In this document: positions 15,523-23,389 of the stretch, one piece after another
Layout of the letters: each line of letters starts with the position of its first letter
Numbering within the stretch: the stretch's first letter is position 1
DNA from: a virus
Taxonomy: Duplodnaviria; Caudoviricetes
Length of the DNA stretch: 64,000 bases
Direction: 5' to 3' (one strand)
Virus record (IMG/VR): IMGVR_UViG_3300021411_000005
Span: 1-64,000 of that record
The notes under the pieces: generated by a model
Told to the model about the DNA's origin: nothing
The model's database searches: none
The model's input: only the letters and a program-made list of their open reading frames with translations
Program-made: the position numbers and the translations under genes

Positions 15523-16178
15523 ATCGGTACCCCGATCCCTGCCGTGTTGCCCTTGTGGACGTGCCAGAACCAGGTCTTCCGGTCCAGGTGCTCGAACTTC
15601 GCCCCGGCGTCCAGGAGCCTGATCAGATAGCCTTCGTCCTCCCCGCGGTACCGGCCGTCGGCCAGGTGGACCCCCTCCGGGAAGCCGCCGATTTCCTTCA
15701 CCGGGCCGGTCCGCACCAGGTGGGTCATCGGGATGAACGACCCCTGGCGCCGCAGGTGCGCCTCCTGGTCGGCTCCGAACCGGATCCCCCAGGGAAGTGT
15801 GAGCTGGCCCTGATAGGTGACCGCGGTCGGGTCCACCCCGCCCACCATCCTCGGCACCGGGTAGACCAGGGTCGTCCCCGGGTTCCTGGTCAGGATCCGC
15901 ATGCAGGAGATCAGGTGCGTGTCCATCAGTTCGTCGTCGTCGTCCAGCCAGGCCACGACGTCGGTATGCACCCGGGCCAGCGCCCGGTTGCGCGCCTGCG
16001 CGGCGCCGGTCCGCAGGCTGTCACGCTCCACCACCACCTGGTCCGGCTTCCGGCGCTGGGCCCGTACGGACGCCAGCGCCCGCTCCAGCAGCTTCTCCCG
16101 GCCGGGAATGGTCGGGATGACCACCGCCACAGTCAGCCGCTCCGGTGCCCGTCCGGCGCGCCTCCTGGCCTCACCCAT
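15519..16178 (-). CDS. glycosyltransferase family 2
   Basis: VVIPTIPGR..LLERALASVRAQ, ARNRAL, WLDDDD (DxD motif), EDEGYLIRL. Confidence 0.85.
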   Translation of the reverse strand: MGEARRRAGRAPERLTVAVVIPTIPGREKLLERALASVRAQRRKPDQVVVERDSLRTGAAQARNRALARVHTDVVAWLDDDDELMDTHLISCMRILTRNPGTTLVYPVPRMVGGVDPTAVTYQGQLTLPWGIRFGADQEAHLRRQGSFIPMTHLVRTGPVKEIGGFPEGVHLADGRYRGEDEGYLIRLLDAGAKFEHLDRKTWFWHVHKGNTAGIGVPM

Positions 16179-16578
16179 GGTTCTCGCCTCCTTCGTCCTT
16201 GACGACCGGCTCCATGCCGGTCACGGTCACCGTTGCAGACCCGTCCGGGTTCATACGGAAGTCCCCGATCCGGAGACCGACGGCATCCGGATGGGCCGTC
16301 CTCACCTCCCGGACCATGTCACTGATGAACTTCCCGATTGGGAACCGGGCGGGGTCTTCGTCGGCAGGGGCCCTGACCGAATAGTCCTTGATCTCCACGG
16401 GGATGCGCTTGGCGGTCTTCTGGACCATCACGCGGTGCCCGGTGAAATCGCTGTGCTCGGTAGCCCAGCGGTTCCGTTCGTCCGGGTCGCTGAAGGGCTG
16501 GGGCAGCGGGGATCCGGAGCAGTCCACGCACAGCGCCAGCCACCAGGTGACGTCCATGACGGCAGGGGTATCGGCCAT
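16171..16578 (-). CDS. hypothetical protein (135 aa) with CxxC...H motif
   Basis: ORF track; overlaps neighbours. Confidence 0.6.
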   Translation of the reverse strand: MADTPAVMDVTWWLALCVDCSGSPLPQPFSDPDERNRWATEHSDFTGHRVMVQKTAKRIPVEIKDYSVRAPADEDPARFPIGKFISDMVREVRTAHPDAVGLRIGDFRMNPDGSATVTVTGMEPVVKDEGGENHG

Positions 16579-16580
16579 CG

Positions 16581-17477
16581 TCAGTCCTCCCAGGGCATGG
16601 CGCGGTTGATCCCCTGGGCCAGGCGGATCTCCGGTACGTAGATCGAGTCCATCCGGCCGGTGTAGCCGACGCGGTACGCCACGCCGGTCGGCTTGCCGGT
16701 CAGCTCCTGGACCCGCGGGCTGTACCGCGCCTGCGCGGTGACCCGGGCAGCCAGGTCACGGAAGGACGTCGGCACGCCGTTGCAGAGGTTCACCGGTAGC
16801 GGCGTCCCGTCCCCGGCCACTGCCAGGGCGCCCTTCACCACGTCGTCCACGTGGATGAAGTCCCGGACGCAGGACCCGCACCAGATGTCGAACGGGTCGT
16901 CCCGGCGCAGCGCCCGCTCCACGAAGGCCGGGAAGGGATAGGTGGTGTCCTGGTCCTCTCCGTAGCCGGAGAACGGCCGTACGACCGTGACCGGAACTCC
17001 GGCCGCCCGCAGCTCCGCGGCCAGGATCTCCCCGGTCAGCTTGGACCAGCCGTACACCTGGTCGGGCTTACCCCGGAACGGCTGGCCGGGGCCGGTCAGG
17101 TACTCCTTCAGCCAGCCGTATTCGTCGTCCTCCTGGAACTCCACCGGGTAGACCGCGGAGCTGGAGAGGTAGAGCACCCGGCCGGGCTTCGCCACGGCGG
17201 CCCAGCGGAACATCTCCGCGTCCAGGCTGAAGTTCACCGCGGTCTCCAGCGGGGAGCCGTCGATGACCTCCCGGCCGCCGACCACGGCAGCCGCGTGGAC
17301 CACCAGGTCGTAGCGGCCGGGCACCCGCGCTCCGATGTCCCGGCCGAAGTAGCGTCGGCAGTCCTGGGACGGCGCCCGCTTGATGTCCAGACCGGTCACG
17401 TCCCAGCCGCGCGCCTCCAGCTCCGCCTTGAAATGCCGTCCCAGGAACCCGCGGTCCCCGGTCACCAGTGCCTTCAC
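16581..17477 (-). CDS. NAD(P)-dependent nucleotide-sugar epimerase/dehydratase/reductase (extended SDR)
   Basis: GTG 17477 with GGAGG; ALVTGDRGFLG, VHAAA, YLSSSAVY, YGWSK (YxxxK), VRPFSGYG, RDFIHVDD. Confidence 0.9.
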   Translation of the reverse strand: MKALVTGDRGFLGRHFKAELEARGWDVTGLDIKRAPSQDCRRYFGRDIGARVPGRYDLVVHAAAVVGGREVIDGSPLETAVNFSLDAEMFRWAAVAKPGRVLYLSSSAVYPVEFQEDDEYGWLKEYLTGPGQPFRGKPDQVYGWSKLTGEILAAELRAAGVPVTVVRPFSGYGEDQDTTYPFPAFVERALRRDDPFDIWCGSCVRDFIHVDDVVKGALAVAGDGTPLPVNLCNGVPTSFRDLAARVTAQARYSPRVQELTGKPTGVAYRVGYTGRMDSIYVPEIRLAQGINRAMPWED

Positions 17478-17584
17478 AGCCGCCTCCACAGATCCCGCTG
17501 GCTCTCCAGTGCCGACCGCCAGTCGGCAGCCGTCCGGCGGACGCCGGTTATCCACTCCCGGGCCCATGCCCGGACGGTCCTCAC
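17474..17584 (-). CDS. 36-aa small protein
   Basis: GTGA coupling at both ends. Confidence 0.4.
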   Translation of the reverse strand: MRTVRAWAREWITGVRRTAADWRSALESQRDLWRRL

Positions 17585-17784
17585 CAGCCCTCCCGGAAGT
17601 GCGGGGCCCGCGGCGACAGGTACCGATGATCCCCCAGCGGCCGGGCTCTCTTCCAGTCCAGCCGGGGGTGGAGGGTCTTCGGCCCGTAGCAGTGTCGGCA
17701 GATCCACCGGCGCCAGCCCTGGGGCTCGAACCCGTGCGGTTCGACCTGGTTCTCCCCTGCTCCCGTACGGCGTGTCCTGGCCAC
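17581..17784 (-). CDS. hypothetical CxxC protein (67 aa)
   Basis: WICRHC...HP motif; part of track ORF 17581..17913. Confidence 0.5.
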   Translation of the reverse strand: MARTRRTGAGENQVEPHGFEPQGWRRWICRHCYGPKTLHPRLDWKRARPLGDHRYLSPRAPHFREGW

Positions 17785-17804
17785 CCTGGCGTTCTCCCAG
17801 CCGG

Positions 17805-18404
17805 TCACCAGCGGTCCCCGCTTCCGGACGTGTTGCCGTCGTGCCAGTTCCAGCACCAGGTCCGGCCGCTGTGATGGACGAACTTGGCCCCTTCGTTCAG
17901 GCACTTGATCCACATACCCCAGTCCTCACACGGGTTGGAAGGGTCTCCGCGGTGCTGGAATCCGCCGACGTGCCGGAGGAGCTGCGTCTTTGCCAGGACC
18001 GTGATCGGGATGTAGTTCTGGGCACCCCGGATCAAGTCGGCGTCGAACGGCTGGCCCTCCCGCTCCGGCCAGGGATCCCAGCCGCGCGGTACGTCGAACC
18101 ACGGATAGACCACGTCCGCCGCGGTGCTCCGTGCAGTCTCCAGGAGACTCTGGACGTGCCGGGGGTACCAGACGTCGTCCGAATCCAGGAAGGCTGTCCA
18201 CTCCGTCTGTACGGTCTCCAGGGCGCGGTTCCTGGTGACCGCCGCGCCGTCGTGCGTGCTGTCCACCGCAACGGCCACGGCGGCCACTGCGACGGTCTGG
18301 GACATGACGCTGGACAGCGCCCGGGACAGCATCCCGTTCGCCAGGTTCGGCAGGTGTGCCGGGATGACCGCCGTGACCTCTCCGGCCCGGTACCGGCGCG
18401 CCAT
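17805..18404 (-). CDS. glycosyltransferase family 2
   Basis: AVIPAH, ALSSVMSQT, TRNRALETV, AFLDSDDVWYP, CEDWGMW. Confidence 0.85.
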   Translation of the reverse strand: MARRYRAGEVTAVIPAHLPNLANGMLSRALSSVMSQTVAVAAVAVAVDSTHDGAAVTRNRALETVQTEWTAFLDSDDVWYPRHVQSLLETARSTAADVVYPWFDVPRGWDPWPEREGQPFDADLIRGAQNYIPITVLAKTQLLRHVGGFQHRGDPSNPCEDWGMWIKCLNEGAKFVHHSGRTWCWNWHDGNTSGSGDRW

Positions 18405-19057
18405 CAGTACGCCGTCCACATCTGGAAGCGGTAGACGTCGGCCGACACCGGGGTGAAGATCCGGTGATCCGTGACCCGCCACCCGGCCTCATGAAGCATG
18501 CTGCTCACGGCTTCGGCGTCCCAGCCCCAGTAGTGCTCCACGTTGCCCCCGCCGTCGGCGCTGGGCTGCTCCCCGTCCGGCGTGGTGAGCAGGAGGTAAC
18601 GGGACTTCTCGCGCGCTGCCCGGAGATAGGCGTCCGGGTCGTCCAGGTGCTCCAGCGTTTCGGAGGAAACGAACAGGTCCACCGGGCGGTCCTCCAGGGA
18701 CGCCATGGTCTGGTCCAGCGTCCCTTCCCAGAAGACGATCGACTCCGGCCAGGAGCCGTTCCGGTCAAGGGAGGAGACGATCAGTTCCTTCGGGATGTTG
18801 ACGTCCCCCAGGACGACGCGGTGGATACGCGCACCCGGGGTCTCCACGATCCCGCGCGCCACGGCGCCGTCCCCGCAGGACAGATCCGCCACGGAGTTGA
18901 CCAGGCCGTCGGTCAGGAGCCCGCGCGCGAAGTCCACCGTGGCCGCCACCCGCTCCACGTGGTCGGGCCACCGGTCGTGGTGGTAACCGCCGGGGTAGCG
19001 CTCTGAGTAGAAGGCCGCGGTGTCGGCGTGCACCGGACGGAGCCTGACGCGCATCAC
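18404..19057 (-). CDS. class I SAM-dependent methyltransferase (probably sugar-modifying)
   Basis: VADLSCGDG motif I, DLFVSSETLEHLDDP, LLLTTP; sits between two GT genes. Confidence 0.85.
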   Translation of the reverse strand: MMRVRLRPVHADTAAFYSERYPGGYHHDRWPDHVERVAATVDFARGLLTDGLVNSVADLSCGDGAVARGIVETPGARIHRVVLGDVNIPKELIVSSLDRNGSWPESIVFWEGTLDQTMASLEDRPVDLFVSSETLEHLDDPDAYLRAAREKSRYLLLTTPDGEQPSADGGGNVEHYWGWDAEAVSSMLHEAGWRVTDHRIFTPVSADVYRFQMWTAY

Positions 19058-19731
19058 CGGGCGTACTCCGCCCGGACCCGCTCCACGGCGCCGTCCAGCT
19101 CATCCCGCTCGAACTGGAGCCAGCGCGTCCGGTCGGCGCTGTCCACCGCGGGGGCGTTGGCCTCCCGGTAGCCGTCGTCCATCTCCGCCTTGCCCGCGGC
19201 CGGGTGGATGTGCTCGATGGTGACGTCCGGCAGGTAGACCAGACCCCCCAGCCGCTCACCCAGCACCTTCCAGTAGTTGTCCAGGTACAGGTGGACCATC
19301 CCGGACGGGACCATCGAGCGGAGCGCGCGGACGATCCCCGCCTGCATGAAGACGGCTGTCGGCAGGTTGGCGCCCTGGAGCAGGTCGTCCCCGTAGACGA
19401 TCCGGGGGTCCGGGCTGTCCAGTGCGTTCAGGACGGCCGTGTCCCAGCCGTAGCTGCGCGGGAGGTGGTCGTCCCCCATGAACCCCAGCGCGTCGTAGCT
19501 GTCCATGTACCGGACGGCCACGCTGTTGAGCGTCGGGCCCAGCCGCTCCCGGTGGACCACCTCCACACGCATCAGGCCCAGCCGCAGATAGTCCATCGCC
19601 TTCGGGTCGTCGTCGTCCACCACGTACAGGAAGTCCGTCTGGCTGTCGGCCGCCGTGTACAGGCGTGCCTTCTCCAGCCGGGCTGCGTTCTCCGGCCGTC
19701 CCCGGGTGGGGACGATCACCAGCATCTTCAT
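19054..19731 (-). CDS. GT-A fold glycosyltransferase
   Basis: LVIVPTRGRP, YVVDDDD, GFMGDDH (DxD-type motif), IEHIHP. Confidence 0.8.
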   Translation of the reverse strand: MKMLVIVPTRGRPENAARLEKARLYTAADSQTDFLYVVDDDDPKAMDYLRLGLMRVEVVHRERLGPTLNSVAVRYMDSYDALGFMGDDHLPRSYGWDTAVLNALDSPDPRIVYGDDLLQGANLPTAVFMQAGIVRALRSMVPSGMVHLYLDNYWKVLGERLGGLVYLPDVTIEHIHPAAGKAEMDDGYREANAPAVDSADRTRWLQFERDELDGAVERVRAEYAR

Positions 19732-19734
19732 GGG

Positions 19735-20013
19735 TCAGTTCCTCGTTTCCTCGGTCTGTCCGATCGCGTTCATCCGCTGCTCCAGGTCCGCCATCGAGCG
19801 GGCCAGGGTGAGGACCATCCGGGAGCTGACCATGGCGGACATCGGCTGGCCCGTGATCAGGCACAGCTCCGCGATGGCCAGCGCGTTCTCCTCCCCGTAC
19901 TCGAACCCGGAGATGAACCAGCTCCATGTACGGGATGACATGAACTGGCCCGGTTCCGCGTTCTCCGCCAGGAAGTTCCGGATCTCCTGCTCCGTCGGCC
20001 GGTTCAGGGGCAC
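19735..20013 (-). CDS. hypothetical protein (92 aa)
   Basis: GTG 20013 (MPLNRPTEQEIRN), within track ORF 19735..20292. Confidence 0.55.
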   Translation of the reverse strand: MPLNRPTEQEIRNFLAENAEPGQFMSSRTWSWFISGFEYGEENALAIAELCLITGQPMSAMVSSRMVLTLARSMADLEQRMNAIGQTEETRN

Positions 20014-20255
20014 GGCTGCTCCGTTTCGGTGCTCCAGACGGAAAAGCCGGTCCCGGACAGGCAGCGCTTCACCCGGCCGACCTTCCGGAGCCGGTCCAGG
20101 GCCAGGTAGGTCAGGCTGGGGTCGATACCCAGAGCAGCCGCAATGGCGTTCCGGGTGTCTGCTCCGTGCTCCTCCAGGTAGCGGAACACCGCGTCGTCCC
20201 GCTGGATGCTCTCCTCCGGCCTGGGGCGACCCCGGCGGGATGTCTCTTCCGTCAT
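20004..20255 (-). CDS. winged helix-turn-helix DNA-binding protein
   Basis: VFRYLEEHGADTRNAIAAALGIDPSLTYLALDRLRKVGRV. Confidence 0.75.
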   Translation of the reverse strand: MTEETSRRGRPRPEESIQRDDAVFRYLEEHGADTRNAIAAALGIDPSLTYLALDRLRKVGRVKRCLSGTGFSVWSTETEQPCP

Positions 20256-20301
20256 TGGCCTGTTCCTTTCGTTTGTTCGATCCGCTTAACAATAGACCAG
20301 G

Positions 20302-21054
20302 TCAGGAGGTCCGGCCCTCCAGGAACCGCTGAACGGTGTAGAGCCGGAACAGGTCGGCCGGGGTGACGTCTCCCTCCCACCGGCCGTCCGTGAACAGGTG
20401 CCAGCCGCTGATGTCCGCGGCGCGGTCGGCAAGCTGGGAGCAGATCAGATGGCCGGAGGAGCGGATGTACCTCTTCAGGAGCGGCGTCGGGATGTGCGCC
20501 CGGTGCAGCGCCAGGGCTGCATAGTCGGCGACGCTGTACGGCGTCCCGCGCAGCTCCAGCGCGGCGGCTGCCACCGCCTGGCGCTTGTCCTCCGGGCAGC
20601 GCAGGTACACCGGCTCCAGGCCGTCGTAGCGGGACAGCGGGGAGAGCAGGGCACCGCCGGGCATGGCCTCTATGATTTCCGGCCCGGTGTTCCAGTCCTC
20701 CTCCGTCTGCGCACGGACCACGACGAAGGCGTGTTCGTAGTCCTCAAAGCCGTCTCCGTTCAGCCACTGGCCGAAGCGGATCAGGCGGCCGACCGTGCCA
20801 GGCATCCGGACGATGCCGATGTCCCCGGGCTGCGGGGCGTAGGGGCTGGCCATGGAGTTCTTCTTCCTTTCGGGTACGCACGGACCCGGGTGGTCCGGCG
20901 GGAGAACGCAGGACAGGCCGCTGCGCGGTCCGCGCCAGCGGTAGTTCGGCGTACGGCCGGAAGGATCCGCCGTCAGATCAGCGGGCAGGCACGGGCCGGA
21001 GTGGCCCGGGTCGCGCAAGACGCACACGATGTGCGAACCGTTCAGGTGCGGCAT
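20302..21054 (-). CDS. permuted papain-like (NlpC/P60, YaeF/YiiX-type) amidase; second in-frame start at 20853
   Basis: QPGDIGIV, YEHAFVV (His) before LICSQLA (Cys), GTPYS; the N-terminal extension has two C-x-L...H-x-G-P-C repeats. Confidence 0.75.
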   Translation of the reverse strand: MPHLNGSHIVCVLRDPGHSGPCLPADLTADPSGRTPNYRWRGPRSGLSCVLPPDHPGPCVPERKKNSMASPYAPQPGDIGIVRMPGTVGRLIRFGQWLNGDGFEDYEHAFVVVRAQTEEDWNTGPEIIEAMPGGALLSPLSRYDGLEPVYLRCPEDKRQAVAAAALELRGTPYSVADYAALALHRAHIPTPLLKRYIRSSGHLICSQLADRAADISGWHLFTDGRWEGDVTPADLFRLYTVQRFLEGRTS

Positions 21055-21187
21055 CCGTCCTCTTCCGGGAATGAGGCAGGGCCCGTGAGGTGAGGGTGTG
21101 GGACTTCACCTCACGCCACGGGCCCCGGCTGAGCGGGTGATGCGATTTAGTTAAATCGGTTCGACTATACCGGCCTGGATCCGGCGG

Positions 21188-21649
21188 TCAAGACCCTGCG
21201 TCCCAGCGCGCCAGCGCGGCCTTGAACTCCGGGTCGTACTCCGCGGACTGCTCCAGTGCGCGCCGGACCACATGAGAGAGGAACCGGCGCCCGGTCTCCT
21301 CTGCCGTGCCGGACATCAGGAAGACGGCTTCGTAGGCGTCCCGGGCGCTCTGCCACTTGATCCGGTCGTCCTCCCCCGGAACATCGGACATGCCCACGTT
21401 GTAGATCAGGCACGGACCGCTCCCGGCGGATTCCCGGAAGACGCGGGTCTCGAACCACCGGCAGGCCGGGCACCTGCGCCGGTCGGGGACGAAGTTCCCG
21501 GGGTGGCTGTGGCTGTCGCTCCGGGTGGACGCGGCGCCGGTCAGCAGTCCCCGGAACTCGATACTGTCGGCGCCGCTGCTGACCGGCAGGACCCAGAGGT
21601 CCGTACGGCCCACGTCAGCCTCTTCGGGGTACTCCATCACAGCCGCCAT
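21188..21649 (-). CDS. hypothetical protein (153 aa) with H-x-H and CxxC motifs
   Basis: HSHP...RCPACRW; ATG 21649. Confidence 0.65.
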   Translation of the reverse strand: MAAVMEYPEEADVGRTDLWVLPVSSGADSIEFRGLLTGAASTRSDSHSHPGNFVPDRRRCPACRWFETRVFRESAGSGPCLIYNVGMSDVPGEDDRIKWQSARDAYEAVFLMSGTAEETGRRFLSHVVRRALEQSAEYDPEFKAALARWDAGS

Positions 21650-21693
21650 CTCCCTGGATCGTGATTTCCTCCCTTCAGTCAACCACGGAGGAT

Positions 21694-21897
21694 CTAGCCG
21701 GGCTGCTCCTGCTTCACCTCCTCCGGAAGGTCCGGCGTGACGCTGTCCGACGTCAGGTAGGCGTCCAGTGCCCACCGGACCACGACGGACGGGTCCACGC
21801 CGAACCTGGCCGCCACCCGGCCGATCTTCTCCTTCACCTCGGGACGAACCTTCGCGTGGACGTCCCCCGTGTACTTAGCTGTTCCTTTGAGTGCCAT
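21694..21897 (-). CDS. ribbon-helix-helix (CopG/Arc-like) DNA-binding protein
   Basis: VHAKVRPEVKEKIGRVAARFGVDPSVVVRWALDAYL. Confidence 0.75.
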   Translation of the reverse strand: MALKGTAKYTGDVHAKVRPEVKEKIGRVAARFGVDPSVVVRWALDAYLTSDSVTPDLPEEVKQEQPG

Positions 21898-21947
21898 GGT
21901 GAAACAATACCCGAGAGATGTCCGGTTACGCCAGATCGGGAGACGTT

Positions 21948-22595
21948 ATGACACAAGAGCCAAGGGTCCTGGGACTGGACCTCTCCATCACCAGCACCGG
22001 GGTGTGCCGACCTGACGGGACCACGTTCCTGATCGTCCCGAAGAAGGTGACCGGGGACGCACGGATCAACTTCATCAGGGACGCCGTCCGCGGAGAGCTG
22101 ACCGGCGTGGACGTGGCGGTCGTGGAGGACTTCCCCGCCATGCTCCAGGCGGCTGCGGCCAAGGCAATCGGGATCGTCCAGGGCGCCGTACGGTCGGCGC
22201 TGATGGACGCAGGCGTCCCCTACGCCGTGGTGCCCCCCAGCACCCTGAAGAAGTACGCCACGGACAACGGGTCGTGCTCCAAGACGGACATGGCGCTGGC
22301 CGCGTACAAGCGCGGCGCGGTCGAGTTCGAGAAGGATCCGAACGGTGACCGGTGTGACGCCTGGTGGCTGTTCGTGGCCGGGCTGGACCGGTACGCAGCA
22401 CACCCGCCGCTGGGCGGCCTGCCGAAAGGCCAGCGCGCCGCGCTGGACAAGGTGGACTGGCCGGAGCCGCGGCCGCGGCCGGATGACGGGATGACGGAGC
22501 AGGAGGTCCGGGAGGACGCCGGGTTCGGTCTTCCGGTGTGCCCGGCCTGCGAAGGCGACCCCTTCGCCGACCACCTGGAGGGCTGCGGAGCCTGA
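21948..22595 (+). CDS. ruvC: RuvC-like Holliday junction resolvase
   Basis: RVLGLDLSITSTG, VVEDF, PPSTLKKYAT, DRCDAWWL. Confidence 0.85.
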   Translation: MTQEPRVLGLDLSITSTGVCRPDGTTFLIVPKKVTGDARINFIRDAVRGELTGVDVAVVEDFPAMLQAAAAKAIGIVQGAVRSALMDAGVPYAVVPPSTLKKYATDNGSCSKTDMALAAYKRGAVEFEKDPNGDRCDAWWLFVAGLDRYAAHPPLGGLPKGQRAALDKVDWPEPRPRPDDGMTEQEVREDAGFGLPVCPACEGDPFADHLEGCGA

Positions 22596-22604
22596 GCACG
22601 CGGA

Positions 22605-22639
22605 AGGGCCCCGCACCAGCCGATCCGGTGCGGGGCCCT
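22605..22639. terminator. bidirectional hairpin terminator between convergent genes
   Basis: AGGGCCCCGCACC / GGTGCGGGGCCCT 13-bp stem. Confidence 0.7.
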
Positions 22640-22658
22640 CCGTCTGCGGTGGAGCAGG

Positions 22659-23237
22659 TCACTCCGCGTCGGCGAAGGGGTCCTCCTCCATCAGCGCGTC
22701 CGCGGCCTTGGCGTTGTCGGACGCCTTGGTCCACACCGCGGTGAAGTTGTGGGAGGCGAACTCCGCGCCCTTCCTGACACTGCTCTGGGTCCGGGTGACC
22801 GAGATGTACGCACCCTTCTCCAGCTTGCCCCCGGCCTCCTTCTTCGCCTTGTTGATCGCGGTCTGAAGGTTGCCCTTGACGTACAGGGTCCGCATGCCGT
22901 CGTCCTCCTCCAGGGGGACGGGGATGTACTCCTTCGTCTCCCAGGTCTCGAACGTGGCCTCCGACTGGACTTCCAGGAGGAGCTGCATCACCGGGTTCTT
23001 GCGGCTGTCGGTCGGCCGCATCTCGTTCTCCAGCTTGCGCTTCTTGCCGACCCAGAAGAGCAGCTCACCGGTCTTCATGTCGGTCTGCTGCCGCATGCTC
23101 CAGCCGGTGATGGTGCCCTCGAACGTGTACCCCACCTTCGGGAACTTCGCGGAGATGGAGCCCCCGCCGGAGAGGAAGCTCTCCGCGTCCCTGGTTTCGT
23201 CGTCGTCCGTTCCGTTGCCGAACGGGTCAACTGCCAT
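22659..23237 (-). CDS. actinophage-type single-stranded DNA-binding protein
   Basis: GGGSISAKF...GTI...QLLLEVQ...DDGMRTLYVKG, acidic tail EEDPFADAE; next to the exonuclease gene. Confidence 0.65.
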   Translation of the reverse strand: MAVDPFGNGTDDDETRDAESFLSGGGSISAKFPKVGYTFEGTITGWSMRQQTDMKTGELLFWVGKKRKLENEMRPTDSRKNPVMQLLLEVQSEATFETWETKEYIPVPLEEDDGMRTLYVKGNLQTAINKAKKEAGGKLEKGAYISVTRTQSSVRKGAEFASHNFTAVWTKASDNAKAADALMEEDPFADAE

Positions 23238-23389
23238 GTCTGTGATCCTTTGTTCGTGTGTACCTGTGTCGGGGTGGGAGGACCGGCCCGGTACAGCCGT
23301 GTCTCCGGGAGTGGCCTGGCAAGGCTGCTCCGGTCCTCCGGTGGTGCGCTGGCCAGTCTACCGGTTTTCGTTCGACCGGTCCATCTATG

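Noticed and set aside
1277-21164. TTTAGTT-N4-CGGTTCGA motif at 1277 and 21146
   Set aside because: Only two copies, in different positions relative to genes; insufficient support for a regulatory call.
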